A stretch of DNA of 63,829 nucleotides, filler included, from 10 parts of 10 records of this genome joined end to end with filler, not necessarily neighbours in it, one strand, 5' to 3'. Shown: positions 8,907 to 19,527, counted from the whole stretch's first letter. Numbers and translations: made by a program. The notes: generated by a model from the sequence alone, not told the origin.

Positions 8907-10160
8907 TTACATCACCTCCTTGGGGTGGGTAATGGTACCTGTCAATGCGCTGGCAGCGGCAACGGCCGGGCCGGATAGATAAATTTCGGATTCCGGGCTT
9001 CCCATGCGGCCCTTGAAGTTTCGGTTGGTGGTGGCGACCACCTTTTCTCCCGGACCCAAGATACCCATGTAACCGCCCACGCAGGGACCACAAGTCGGCG
9101 TGCTTACCGATGCGCCGGCTGCAACAAAAATATCCACCAGACCTTCGTGCATGGCGTCCAGATAGACTTTCTGGGAACCGGGAATAACGATGCAGCGAAC
9201 ATCCGGGTGAACGGTTTTTCCCTTGAGAATTTCAGCTGCGGTGCGCAAGTCTTCAATGCGTCCGTTGGTGCAACTGCCGATGACGGATTGCTCGATTTTG
9301 ACATCTGCAACGGCACTTACCGGCCGTGCGTTTTCCGGGATATGCGGCAACGCCACCTGAGGTTCGAGGTTGCTTACATCGAATTCGATGACCTGGGCGT
9401 AGTTGTCACCGGGTTCGGGCTCGTACACGGTAAAGGAGCGGTCCGACCGTTCCTTGACATACGCCATGGTTTTGTCATCCACCGGGCAGATACCGGCCTT
9501 TCCACCGGCTTCGATGGCCATGTTTGCCATAGCCAAACGGCTGTCTACAGAGAGTTGAGAAATGGCCTCACCGGTGAATTCCATTACCGAATAGAGGGCG
9601 CCGTCCACACCAATTTTTCCAATGGTGAGAAGAATCAAATCTTTGCCTGAAATCCAGGGCGGCAATTCACCGTTGTAGACAAATTTGATGGTGGGTGGCA
9701 CTTTCATCCAGATTTCACCCGTCGCCATGGCCACGGCGATATCCGTGGATCCCATACCCGTTGAGAACGCGCCCAGGGCGCCATAGGTGCAGGTGTGGGA
9801 ATCTGCACCCACAACGATTTCACCGGGCAGCACCAACCCCTTTTCCGGTATGATTACGTGTTCGATGCCGCCGCGTCCTTCGGGAAAGAAGACGATGCCC
9901 TGTTCCCGTGCAAAGGAGCGAAGTCCAATATTCTGGGTAGCGCACATGACATCTTTGTTGGGAACATAATGGTCCATGACCAGTACGATTTTACTGGGAT
10001 CGAAGACCTTATCGAATCCGGTTTTCCGGAATTCCTGGATGGCAATACCTGCGGTAAGATCGTGGGCCATGACAAGATCCACCTTGACATTGACGAATTC
10101 TCCAGTAGTCACTTTTTTCTTGCCCGAATGGGCTGCCAGTATTTGTTCGGCGATCGTCAC
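8907..10160 (-). CDS. leuC: 3-isopropylmalate dehydratase-like large subunit
   Basis: GADSHTCT, IGSCTNGR, PTCGPC and STNRNF-like TTNRNFKGRMG aconitase-family motifs. Confidence 0.92.
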   Translation of the reverse strand: MTIAEQILAAHSGKKKVTTGEFVNVKVDLVMAHDLTAGIAIQEFRKTGFDKVFDPSKIVLVMDHYVPNKDVMCATQNIGLRSFAREQGIVFFPEGRGGIEHVIIPEKGLVLPGEIVVGADSHTCTYGALGAFSTGMGSTDIAVAMATGEIWMKVPPTIKFVYNGELPPWISGKDLILLTIGKIGVDGALYSVMEFTGEAISQLSVDSRLAMANMAIEAGGKAGICPVDDKTMAYVKERSDRSFTVYEPEPGDNYAQVIEFDVSNLEPQVALPHIPENARPVSAVADVKIEQSVIGSCTNGRIEDLRTAAEILKGKTVHPDVRCIVIPGSQKVYLDAMHEGLVDIFVAAGASVSTPTCGPCVGGYMGILGPGEKVVATTNRNFKGRMGSPESEIYLSGPAVAAASALTGTITHPKEVM

Positions 10161-10226
10161 TGGTTTCCTCCCTTTTTGTTTTCAGGGTTTCTCGTTTTTG
10201 GGTGTTTAAATGGGCAAAATGAAACG

Positions 10227-11464
10227 CTATGCATCTGTTCTCAGGTTTTCGTCCACCAGTTCGGCAATATCGAAAACCGTCTGTTTTTCCGTGTACATCT
10301 TCATGCCGTCGGTGAGCATGAGCAGGCAGAAAGGGCAGGATGAGGTCAGTTTCTCGGCACCGCTCTCAAAGGCTTCCTTCGCCCGGGTGTAATTGATACG
10401 CTCGCCCTCCTCCTCGTTCCAATAGTTGCCGCCGCCGGCGCCGCAACAGAAGCTGTTGCCATGGTTGTTGGGCAGCTCCGAAAGCTTGCCGACCGATTGA
10501 ACCACATCCCGGGGTGCGTCGAAGATCTGATTGTGTCTTCCAAGGTAGCACGGGTCATGGTAAGCAATTTTCTGGTTGGTATATTTTGTTTTAAGTTTGC
10601 CGGACCGGATCAGTTCATGGATCATCCGGGCGTGGGGGATCACCTCGTATTCACCGCCAAGGGGCGGGTAGTACTTGGTAAAGCTGTTGTAGCAGTGGGG
10701 GCACATGGTGATGATTTTTTGCACCCCGTGGCTGCCGAACAATTGCATGTTGGCATCGGCCAGCATGGAAAACAGGTAGTCATCTCCCATCTGTTTGGCC
10801 GGGTCGCCCGTGCAGCGAGCCTCTTCAATAATGCCGTAGGAGACGCCGGCAGCATTCAGGATATTGACAACGGCCCTGCCAATCTTTTGTGCACGATCCT
10901 CGTAAGTGACGGCGCAGCCGATCCAGAGCAGATATTCGGTCTCACCCGGTTTGAAGAAGGGCACCTCCAACCCCTCACGCCAATCCGAAGGGGATGCGGA
11001 TGAAGAAAATGGATGCATCAAAGCTTCCATGTTGCGGTATGCCTGAAGCATATTTACCGGCATCTCACCACGCTCCATCATCAGGTTCTGACGCATGTTC
11101 CAAATGGCCTTGAGCGGATTGGTCATGGCCGGGCAGACCTCTGCGCAGGCACCGCATGTGCGGCATTCAAAGACGGTTTCCATGCCCACGGTATCGATCA
11201 AGCCCGTGTCACCCATCTTGCCCGCATCGAGCATCTCCGCCAGTGTGACCATCACCCCTTTGGGGGTGAGGCTCTTTTCCGTTCGGGTGGCCGGACACAC
11301 TTCCTGGCAGCGACCGCACCACAAGCAGGTGGTGAAGTCAAAGAGCTGCTTGGGCTGATAATCGCCCAGGGTAGGGGTCCCCAGGGCGGGGAGTCCTTCC
11401 GGATCACCCTCCGCGGAAACGGTATCGTCTTCCAGACCACCCAAATCCAGCGCTTTTTCGCTCG
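10227..11464 (-). CDS. HdrD/GlpC-like Fe-S oxidoreductase (CCG domains), 5'-truncated
   Basis: Two CxxCxxCxxxCP motifs plus YHDPCYLGR, CCGAGGG and CPFC. Confidence 0.88.
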
Positions 11465-11564
11465 NNNNNNNNNNNNNNNNNNNNNNNNNNNNNNNNNNNN
11501 NNNNNNNNTTAATTAATTAANNNNNNNNNNNNNNNNNNNNNNNNNNNNNNNNNNNNNNNNNNNN
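11465..11564. other. artificial contig linker
   Basis: 44 N + TTAATTAATTAA + 44 N. Confidence 0.99.
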
Positions 11565-11565
11565 C

Positions 11566-11667
11566 AATATCCTTGTGCTTTCCGAATCAAAATTAACTGC
11601 AAAATTAACCCGGGCTGAGGCTTCAGAAGAAGTGATAATGAAAGCAGCCCTTCAGGAAAAAGAATAA
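11566..11667 (+). CDS. rbsA: sugar ABC ATP-binding protein, C-terminal fragment
   Basis: Reads NILVLSESKLTAKLTRAEASEEVIMKAALQEKE*, a typical RbsA C-terminus, directly upstream of the permease. Confidence 0.7.
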   Translation, partial: NILVLSESKLTAKLTRAEASEEVIMKAALQEKE

Positions 11668-11677
11668 GACATTTACT

Positions 11678-12652
11678 ATGAATACAACAAGTTTAAAACA
11701 TAACTTAATAAAATTTCAATCCATCATTGCTTTGGTGGTAATGTGTGTGGCATTAAGTCTTTTGTCCGACCGCTTTTTAACCACCGAAAACACATGGAAT
11801 GTAATGCGCCAGATTTCGGTTAACATGGTTATTTCGGTGGGTATGACCCTGGTAATTCTTACCGGAGGAATTGATCTGTCGGTGGGATCGATACTGGCAT
11901 TGTCGGGAGCAGTAACTGCAGGAATGTTAAAATTCGGAGCCGAGATTGATAATGTTAACCTGTTTATTGGTTTTACCTTGTTAGGTGCTCTGGTTGGCGG
12001 AACACTTGTGGGAACTTTTCTGGGATGGTTTAACGGATTTACCATAACGAAATTTAAAGTGCCACCCTTTGTTGCAACCCTGGCAATGCTCACCATTGCC
12101 CGCGGTTTAACCATGCTTTGGACAGGTGGTTTCCCCATTACCGGTTTAGGCGATAACATGGCTTTTATTGGTACCGGATGGTTCCTGGGAATTCCGATGC
12201 CGGTATGGATTTCTGCAATCATTGTTCTGGCTGCAGTGGTGCTAACCAAACGCACCACTTTGGGGCGGCATATTTATGCCATTGGTGGCAACGAAACAGC
12301 GGCAAAACTTTCGGGTTTAAAAATAAACCGGATTAAAATCATCGTTTACTCAATTGCAGGGGCACTTGCGGGAGTGGGTGGTATTCTGGTTACATCCCGA
12401 CTCGACTCGGCCCAACCTAATGCTGGTTTTGGTTTCGAACTGGATTCAATAGCAGCTGTTGTAATTGGAGGTACTTCACTTTCAGGAGGAAAAGGAACTA
12501 TTATGGGGACGGTGCAGGGAGCATTGATAATTGGTGTGCTGAACAATGGATTGGTGCTTTTAAACGTTTCTCCTTTCTGGCAGCAGGTAATTAAAGGTTT
12601 TGTAATTTTACTTGCAGTTGTTATCGAAAAAGTAAATTCAAAAGAAGAATAA
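11678..12652 (+). CDS. rbsC: ribose-type ABC transporter permease
   Basis: GMTLVILTGGIDLSVGS, GRHIYAIGGNE and ELDSIAAVVIGGTSLSGG motifs. Confidence 0.9.
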   Translation: MNTTSLKHNLIKFQSIIALVVMCVALSLLSDRFLTTENTWNVMRQISVNMVISVGMTLVILTGGIDLSVGSILALSGAVTAGMLKFGAEIDNVNLFIGFTLLGALVGGTLVGTFLGWFNGFTITKFKVPPFVATLAMLTIARGLTMLWTGGFPITGLGDNMAFIGTGWFLGIPMPVWISAIIVLAAVVLTKRTTLGRHIYAIGGNETAAKLSGLKINRIKIIVYSIAGALAGVGGILVTSRLDSAQPNAGFGFELDSIAAVVIGGTSLSGGKGTIMGTVQGALIIGVLNNGLVLLNVSPFWQQVIKGFVILLAVVIEKVNSKEE

Positions 12653-12686
12653 AATTGCTTGGGTCTCATAGATAAAACTAATTATT

Positions 12687-13514
12687 ATGGAAGGATTAAA
12701 TAGTTGTACCGTTTTGAATAACGGAATAAAAATGCCCTGGTTAGGACTTGGTGTATTTCAAATGGCTGATGGCAACGAAGTTGCCGGTGCGGTAAAAAAT
12801 GCACTGGATTTAGGATACAGAAGCATTGATACTGCAGCTGTTTATAACAATGAAGAGGGAGTTGGAAAGGCAATTCGGGAAAGCACCGTATCACGCGATT
12901 CGATTTTTGTAACAACAAAGGTTTGGAATTCAGAGCAAAGAAGAAAAAGAACAATTGATGCGTTTAACGAAAGCCTTGAAAGGCTGCAATTAGATTACGT
13001 GGATTTGTATTTAGTACATTGGCCGGTTGACGGATATTACCTTGACACCTGGAAGGCGATGGAAGAAATATATAAAAGTGGACGGGCTAAAGCAATTGGT
13101 GTAAGTAATTTTATGATTCATCATCTTGAAAAGCTGTTGGCAGATTGCGAGATCGTACCGGCTGTAAATCAAATTGAATTTCATCCCTACCTGGTTCAAC
13201 CTGAATTGCTTCGGTTTTGTGCCGATAAAAATATACGGATTGAAGCCTGGAGCCCACTGATGCAAGGCAATATAATTAATGTTAGCGAAATAAAACAAAT
13301 GGCTGACAGGTATAAAAAAACACCTGCCCAAATTGTGTTAAGATGGAACATTCAGAAAGATGTTGTCACCATCCCTAAATCAGTTAATCCAAAACGAATT
13401 GCAGAAAATGCGCAACTTTTTGACTTTGAATTATCAAAGGATGATATGGATTTACTGGATGCATTAGACCGTGGGAAAAGATTTGGCCCGGATCCTAGCG
13501 ATTTCAATTTTTAA
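12687..13514 (+). CDS. aldo/keto reductase
   Basis: GYRSIDTAAVY, FVTTKVWN, DLYLVHWP and IPKS motifs. Confidence 0.93.
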   Translation: MEGLNSCTVLNNGIKMPWLGLGVFQMADGNEVAGAVKNALDLGYRSIDTAAVYNNEEGVGKAIRESTVSRDSIFVTTKVWNSEQRRKRTIDAFNESLERLQLDYVDLYLVHWPVDGYYLDTWKAMEEIYKSGRAKAIGVSNFMIHHLEKLLADCEIVPAVNQIEFHPYLVQPELLRFCADKNIRIEAWSPLMQGNIINVSEIKQMADRYKKTPAQIVLRWNIQKDVVTIPKSVNPKRIAENAQLFDFELSKDDMDLLDALDRGKRFGPDPSDFNF

Positions 13515-13557
13515 ATATTACTATTTTTGAGTTTAAAAATATTCTAATAACAATTGT

Positions 13558-14922
13558 ATGAGAACAAAACTTGTCCATAATTTTTTACTCTCCATTCTGT
13601 TAATTGCTTTACTCCCCTTAACTTCTTGCCAGCAGGAAGATCAAAGGATATCATACAAACCACGCGTAATAAATACCACCGACCTTGGGGCCGATCCTGA
13701 TGATGAACAGTCGATGGTGCGCCAGTTGGTAAGTGCAAACGAGTTTGATATTGAAGGTTTAATTGTGGCAACCGGATGCTGGAAAAAGAACCAAAGCAAC
13801 ACTAATATGTTGGATAAGCTTATTGATGCATATACTGAAGCTTATCCTAATCTGGCAGTTCATGCCGATGGTTTTCCTACACCTGAATATTTAAAATCCA
13901 TTTCAGTAATGGGACAAACCGGTTATGGTATGAGTGATGTTGGTGAAGGCAAAGACAGTCCAGGTTCAGAACTAATAATTGCCGCGGTTGATAAAGACGA
14001 CCCACGCCCGGTGTGGGTAATGGGCTGGGGTGGAATGAATAATATTGCACAAGCCATTTGGAAAGTTCGTGAAACACGTTCTCCCGAAGAGTTAGAAAAA
14101 TTCTTAAGCAAACTAAGGCTATTCGATATTTTAGGACAAGATGATGCCGGTGCATGGATTGCTAAAAATTTCCCTGATGTTTTTTACATCCGTGCAACAA
14201 AAGTATATAACTGGCAACCTCCGAAAAACGGCGTTTACCAAAAAGAAGATATACAAAGTCATGGTCCCTTAGGAGCAGTTTATCCTGATACGAAATGGGC
14301 CACTGAAGGAGATACTCCTGCATTTATGCATGTTTATCCTAACGGGCTTAACGATCCCGATCAGATTGATCAGGGTAGTTGGGGCGGCCGCTTTAGTTTC
14401 GTAAAACAAGAAGGAATAAGAAGTATGTCGGAGGTGCACAAAATCGATTCAATGGGAGAGATTAAATTTGATCCCTATTTTATGTATGGAAATACACCCG
14501 ATGGTGGCACTTCAATAAAAATGTGGGAGAAGGGTTATAACAACGATTTTGCAGCGCGTATGGATTGGAGTATAACTCCGAACTACAAAGATGCCAACCA
14601 TCATCCGATAGCAGTGTTGAATGGAGACAAATCGAGAAAAATTATGGAAATTGAAGCCTCAACAGGTGAAACTGTAGAGTTGAGTGCGGAAGGATCAAAC
14701 GATCCGGATGGTGATACGCTAAATTATTCGTGGATATATTATAAAGAGCCGGGAACTTATGGTGGGGCAATTTCAATTCAAAACAACACATCTGTACAAG
14801 TTGGTTTGGTAATACCGGAAGATGCAGCCGGAAAAACAATTCATATTATTTTAGAAATTCACGATGATGGAATACCAAATTTGTATGCTTATCGTCGTTT
14901 AATTGTAAACGTAAACAAGTAA
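13558..14922 (+). CDS. DUF1593 nucleoside-hydrolase-like lipoprotein
   Basis: Lipobox LTSC; TTDLGADPDDEQS, WGG, EGDTP and WGGR motifs; C-terminal PKD-like domain. Confidence 0.85.
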   Translation: MRTKLVHNFLLSILLIALLPLTSCQQEDQRISYKPRVINTTDLGADPDDEQSMVRQLVSANEFDIEGLIVATGCWKKNQSNTNMLDKLIDAYTEAYPNLAVHADGFPTPEYLKSISVMGQTGYGMSDVGEGKDSPGSELIIAAVDKDDPRPVWVMGWGGMNNIAQAIWKVRETRSPEELEKFLSKLRLFDILGQDDAGAWIAKNFPDVFYIRATKVYNWQPPKNGVYQKEDIQSHGPLGAVYPDTKWATEGDTPAFMHVYPNGLNDPDQIDQGSWGGRFSFVKQEGIRSMSEVHKIDSMGEIKFDPYFMYGNTPDGGTSIKMWEKGYNNDFAARMDWSITPNYKDANHHPIAVLNGDKSRKIMEIEASTGETVELSAEGSNDPDGDTLNYSWIYYKEPGTYGGAISIQNNTSVQVGLVIPEDAAGKTIHIILEIHDDGIPNLYAYRRLIVNVNK

Positions 14923-14985
14923 AGCGTTCGCGGAAGTCATTTTCGCTGGAATCGTAAAAGAATATTTAATTAACAGCACAATACA

Positions 14986-15663
14986 ATGAAAATTCTTTTA
15001 ATTGAAGACGAATCTGAAATAAAGGAATTAATTAAAAAATTTCTTGAAAGCGAAGGTTATATTGTTGAGGTGGCGGATAGTTATGTAACAGGACTCGACA
15101 AAATAATATCGTTTAATTACGATTGTATATTGCTGGATATAATGCTCCCCGATGGAAACGGATTAATGCTATTACGAGATCTAAAAAAACTGGATAAAAC
15201 AGATGGTGTTATCATTATCTCAGCAAAAGATTCTATTGAGGATAAAGTGAAAGGGCTGGAGCTTGGAGCTGATGATTACCTTACAAAACCATTTCATATG
15301 GCGGAACTAAATGCCCGCATAAAATCTGTACTGCGTCGGAAAAACTCGGAAAACAGCAATTTGGTCGAAGTTGAAAATGTTGAAATCCATTTTGATGAAA
15401 GGATAGCAAGAGTTGATGGCAGTATTGTTGACTTGAACCGAAAGGAGTTTGATATTCTTGTTTTTCTGCTGATGAACAAAAACCGGATCGTGAGTAAATC
15501 TGCTATCGCCGAAAATATTTGGGGCGATTATATCGATCAGTCAAACGATTTTGATTTTATCTATTCACAGGTTAAAAATCTAAGAAAAAAGTTACGTAGT
15601 CGTGAGGCTAAAATAGAAATTACAACCGTTTACGGCATTGGTTACAAACTGATTGCGAAATGA
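14986..15663 (+). CDS. OmpR-family response regulator
   Basis: Receiver (LLIEDE, LLDIMLP, GADDYLTKPF) plus winged helix (TVYGIGY). Confidence 0.93.
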   Translation: MKILLIEDESEIKELIKKFLESEGYIVEVADSYVTGLDKIISFNYDCILLDIMLPDGNGLMLLRDLKKLDKTDGVIIISAKDSIEDKVKGLELGADDYLTKPFHMAELNARIKSVLRRKNSENSNLVEVENVEIHFDERIARVDGSIVDLNRKEFDILVFLLMNKNRIVSKSAIAENIWGDYIDQSNDFDFIYSQVKNLRKKLRSREAKIEITTVYGIGYKLIAK

Positions 15664-15755
15664 GTTGAATCATTCGAAGATCTTTGTAAATACCGCCAAG
15701 ACTATGATCTGTAAAAATTTAAGAACCGATTAACAAGTAAAAGTATTTAATACAA

Positions 15756-17033
15756 ATGAAACTGATTAATTATACATTATTGTTCTTAACTGTAATTCTG
15801 TTTCTTACGATTGGCTTGTGGGCAATTCTGTTTTATTCCCAGTTTCTGAAGCAGGTAAAGAGTTCAATTGATGAGGGACTCTCTGATTATAAAATTGTAA
15901 TCATCGATAATCTGAAAAACGAGGAGGTCATTAAAGAAAACATAAACTTCGGTGAAAATAAATATTTGATAAAAAATATTAAGGAAGAGAATGCGCTGAA
16001 AATAAGAGATTCGTACAGGGATACCCTAATCTATTCGCCGCTCAAAGATTTGGAGTTTGAAGCGCGCTTGTTAACCACAGCCTTTGTGGCGGATAATGGA
16101 AAATACTACAAATTAGAAGTGATTTCGCAGGAACTGAACCGGGGAAAATTGATTCGAAAGTTTTTGTTATCTCTTTTCTGGATGTTTTTGTTTCTATTAC
16201 TGAGTACCGTATTGTTAAATAATTTTGTCTTAAAAAAGACCTGGAAGCCTTTTCATCAGATTCTTAATCACTTAAATGATTTTCGCTTAGACAAAAAAAT
16301 TCCGAGAGGGAAATTAGTTGATACGAAGATTCGTGAGTTTGCGCTGCTCAACGACTCTGTAAAGAACCTTACCGGAACCAACATTGAGATTTTTAATAGT
16401 CAGAAGCATTTTATGGAAAATGTTTCTCACGAAATGCAAACGCCATTGGCAATAGGTATTCATAAGCTGGAACTTTTGGTAGAGGGTGGAGATTTAACCG
16501 AAGAACAACTTTTTAAGGTTGGAGATATAATAGAAACATTAAAACGACTTTCAGGATTAAATAAATCTTTATTACTACTATCGAAAATAAAAAACAAACA
16601 ATTTATTTCAGAAGAAGAAATTGATTTTGATGGTATTGTTATAGAGACAATAAATGATCTGTCGGAATTTATTGACTTTTGGGATATCCAGCTGAAATAT
16701 CAAAAGGTTGATAATTGGGTGCATATTATGAATAGAGATTTAGCGCAGATACTTGTTCTGAATCTTCTTAAAAATGCAATAACCCATAATAAGAAAGGTG
16801 GAGAACTTTTTATTCGAATGACATCGTCTTCATTTTCCATCGAAAATTCAGGTTCGATGTCGTCAATTCCCGAAGATCAATTATTTAAACGTTTTAAAAA
16901 AGATTCAAAAAATAAAAATTCTACCGGTTTAGGTTTGTCCATTGTAAAGGCTATTGTCGATAACTCAGGATTGAGTATCAATTATTCTTTTGGCAACAAA
17001 CATGTTTTTACAATTAAAAAACAGCATAATTAA
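15756..17033 (+). CDS. sensor histidine kinase
   Basis: Two TM segments; H box SHEMQTPL; NLLKNA; STGLGLSIV. Confidence 0.92.
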   Translation: MKLINYTLLFLTVILFLTIGLWAILFYSQFLKQVKSSIDEGLSDYKIVIIDNLKNEEVIKENINFGENKYLIKNIKEENALKIRDSYRDTLIYSPLKDLEFEARLLTTAFVADNGKYYKLEVISQELNRGKLIRKFLLSLFWMFLFLLLSTVLLNNFVLKKTWKPFHQILNHLNDFRLDKKIPRGKLVDTKIREFALLNDSVKNLTGTNIEIFNSQKHFMENVSHEMQTPLAIGIHKLELLVEGGDLTEEQLFKVGDIIETLKRLSGLNKSLLLLSKIKNKQFISEEEIDFDGIVIETINDLSEFIDFWDIQLKYQKVDNWVHIMNRDLAQILVLNLLKNAITHNKKGGELFIRMTSSSFSIENSGSMSSIPEDQLFKRFKKDSKNKNSTGLGLSIVKAIVDNSGLSINYSFGNKHVFTIKKQHN

Positions 17034-17072
17034 ATGTTGCAATTGAAGAAATTTCCGGGGTATTATCCGTAA

Positions 17073-17110
17073 TTCCAGATTCTTTCCAGAATGTTTCCCA
17101 TTTGTTTCCA
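17073..17110 (+). promoter_or_regulatory. putative OmpR/PhoB-type tandem binding boxes
   Basis: TTCC at 17073, 17084, 17095 and 17106 (exact 11-bp period; the first two are TTCCAGA), upstream of the PepSY-like gene. Confidence 0.55.
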
Positions 17111-17151
17111 AATTTAATGTCTTTTTTTGTTACAACAATTCTTACAAGCTT

Positions 17152-17967
17152 ATGAAAAAAAGTATCGGTTTGGTGTTATTCGTGTTCCTGTTTTTGGGCA
17201 GTTACGCGCAACAAATTAATCAGAGTAAGGTCCCGGCGATTGTATTAAATGCTTTTCAGCTAAGATTTCCAAATGCTTCCGATCCCTCCTGGAAAATTAA
17301 AAATGGTGACTATCATGTGAAGTTTGAGGTAAATAATAAGGAAAATCATTTAACGCTTGATAAACGAGGTAAAACTATTCAACATAGTCAGGATTTGTAT
17401 TTAAGCGAAATCCCTCTTTCTGTTTTACTCTCATTAAAAGAAAAAGCACCCTATTACGATATTCATGATGCCGATAAAATAGATGAAGGAGGTAGAATAA
17501 CCTATGAACTCTTTTTTAAGGATGAAGGCAAGAAAAATGTATTCTGGTTTAATGAAAAGGGTAAATTAATTAAATATAGAAAAGAACTAAGAGATGAACA
17601 GATTCCTGATCCGATTATCGAAACAATTAAATCCAGGTATAGTTCATTTGAATTAGAACGCGCAAAATACATAGAAGAGGATGATGACAGGTTTTACATG
17701 GTTAGAGGTGAGATAAATAATTACGATTGTCTTTGGTATATTAACGAAAATACAAGTGTTGTTAGATATGAGCAGGATGTTGGTAATTCAAAACTTCCGG
17801 TTCCGGTTATCAGCTCAATTCATAAATCATATGGCGATTGCGAAATTCGTGATGCAGATCGTATTGAAGAGAATGGGGAGGTAAGTTATAAAGTACGCTT
17901 AAGAAAATCGCGCGAAACTTTTTATGTAAATTTTGATTCTTCAGGAAAAGTAATAAACGAAAAATAG
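17152..17967 (+). CDS. PepSY-like (DUF2874/BLIP-like) repeat periplasmic protein
   Basis: Signal peptide; four repeats beginning [VIL]P..[VI] (VPAIV, IPLSV, IPDPI, LPVPV). Confidence 0.8.
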   Translation: MKKSIGLVLFVFLFLGSYAQQINQSKVPAIVLNAFQLRFPNASDPSWKIKNGDYHVKFEVNNKENHLTLDKRGKTIQHSQDLYLSEIPLSVLLSLKEKAPYYDIHDADKIDEGGRITYELFFKDEGKKNVFWFNEKGKLIKYRKELRDEQIPDPIIETIKSRYSSFELERAKYIEEDDDRFYMVRGEINNYDCLWYINENTSVVRYEQDVGNSKLPVPVISSIHKSYGDCEIRDADRIEENGEVSYKVRLRKSRETFYVNFDSSGKVINEK

Positions 17968-17974
17968 CAGCGAT

Positions 17975-18072
17975 ATGGTTTTTTTAAAAAGAATTGTAAT
18001 CTTGTTCAGTCTGTTATTCGCTGTAGTTCTTGTTTCATGTAATGTGAAACAAAAAGATAAGGCAGTAGACGA
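17975..18072 (+). CDS. lipoprotein, N-terminal fragment
   Basis: MVFLKRIVILFSLLFAVVLVSC lipobox; truncated by the linker. Confidence 0.55.
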
Positions 18073-18172
18073 NNNNNNNNNNNNNNNNNNNNNNNNNNNN
18101 NNNNNNNNNNNNNNNNTTAATTAATTAANNNNNNNNNNNNNNNNNNNNNNNNNNNNNNNNNNNNNNNNNNNN
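18073..18172. other. artificial contig linker
   Basis: 44 N + TTAATTAATTAA + 44 N. Confidence 0.99.
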
Positions 18173-18875
18173 GGCCGCCGGCATTGCCCATGAAATCAAC
18201 AACCCCGTGGCAATCATGGTGGAAGAGGCGGGCTGGATCGAGGATCTTCTGGCGGAAGAGGAGTTCAAGGAGGGAGAAAACCTGGGGGAATTCAAACGGG
18301 CGCTACTGCAGATTCGGACCCAGGGACGTCGGTGCAAGGAGATCACCCATAAATTGCTCAGCTTTGCCCGGAAAACCGACTCCCGCCTCCAGGAACTTCA
18401 ACTAAATGAAATGATAGGGGAAATGGTCATTCTCTCAGAGCAGAGGGCCAAATACAGCAACGTAATGGTTGAAACCCATCTTCAGGAAGATCTGCCCACC
18501 ATACGGGTTTCCCAGACTGAGCTTCAGCAGGTTTTGCTTAATTTGATCAACAATTCCCTTGACGCCATGGAAAAGACCGGGGGTACATTGAATATATCCA
18601 GCCGTAGGGAACAAAACGGCATCATCGTGGGGGACCACATCATCATCGAAATTTCTGATAACGGCCCCGGCATCCCGGCGGCCAATCTGACTCGCATTTT
18701 TGATCCGTTTTTTACAACCAAACCGGTGGGAAAAGGTACGGGCTTGGGCCTGTCCATATGTTACGGCATCATCAAGAAAATGGGCGGGAACATTGAAGTG
18801 AGAAGCGTCATCGATGAGGGAACAACCTTTAAGGTGAAAATTCCCATATGGAAAAAAGAGGGGAATAATACATAA
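18173..18875 (+). CDS. NtrB-type sensor histidine kinase, 5'-truncated
   Basis: Frame opens with AAGIAHEINNP; NLINNS, DNGPGI and FDPFFTTKPVGKGTGLGL motifs. Confidence 0.92.
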
Positions 18876-18956
18876 TTTTTTTTGCTTTTGGATTGGAATA
18901 CCGGCGCTTAAAATGATAAATTATTCCATAAATAGGACAAATGAGGAGAAACGGTT

Positions 18957-19388
18957 ATGGCAATAGCAAATGTGCTTTTGGTTGACGATGAAGTTCCTTT
19001 CGTGGAGGCGATGACCCGGCGTTTAAACAAAAGAGATGTTAATATCGCCACCGCATTCAGCGGTTACGAGGCTCTTGATGTACTTTCAGAGGACAGCAGC
19101 ATTGAGGTGGTTATCCTGGACGTGAAAATGCCCGGAATGGATGGGATTGAAACCCTTGCGGAGATCCGGAAAAAATTTCCCCTCCAGGAAGTGATCATGC
19201 TGACCGGCCATGCCACCGTGGAAACGGGTATAGAAGGCATGAAACTGGGCGCTTTCGATTATTTGATGAAGCCCTGTGATATGGACTTACTGTTGGAAAA
19301 AGTAAAAGAGGCCTCCGCGAAAAAAAGGAAACATGAGGAGAAGATCATTGAAGCAAGGATGAAGGAAATTACTTCTCGGCGGGCGTGA
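18957..19388 (+). CDS. single-domain response regulator
   Basis: LLVDDE, ILDVKMPG, LTGHA and GAFDYLMKP motifs. Confidence 0.92.
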   Translation: MAIANVLLVDDEVPFVEAMTRRLNKRDVNIATAFSGYEALDVLSEDSSIEVVILDVKMPGMDGIETLAEIRKKFPLQEVIMLTGHATVETGIEGMKLGAFDYLMKPCDMDLLLEKVKEASAKKRKHEEKIIEARMKEITSRRA

Positions 19389-19527
19389 AAAGCCCATCTC
19401 AAAGGAAGGATTTTTGCGGTTCAATCGAATATCTTCTTTTTGGAAGATGATGTTTTACGGTTATCAGTTGCCGGTTGGGAAAACCGTGAGCTGTAAACCG
19501 ATAACCGGAAAACATCTTTTCGCTAAA

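Noticed and set aside
8905-9093. N-terminal extension of the 224-aa leuD ORF
   Set aside because: It overlaps leuC in another frame; homology begins at MIKGKIY (8904).
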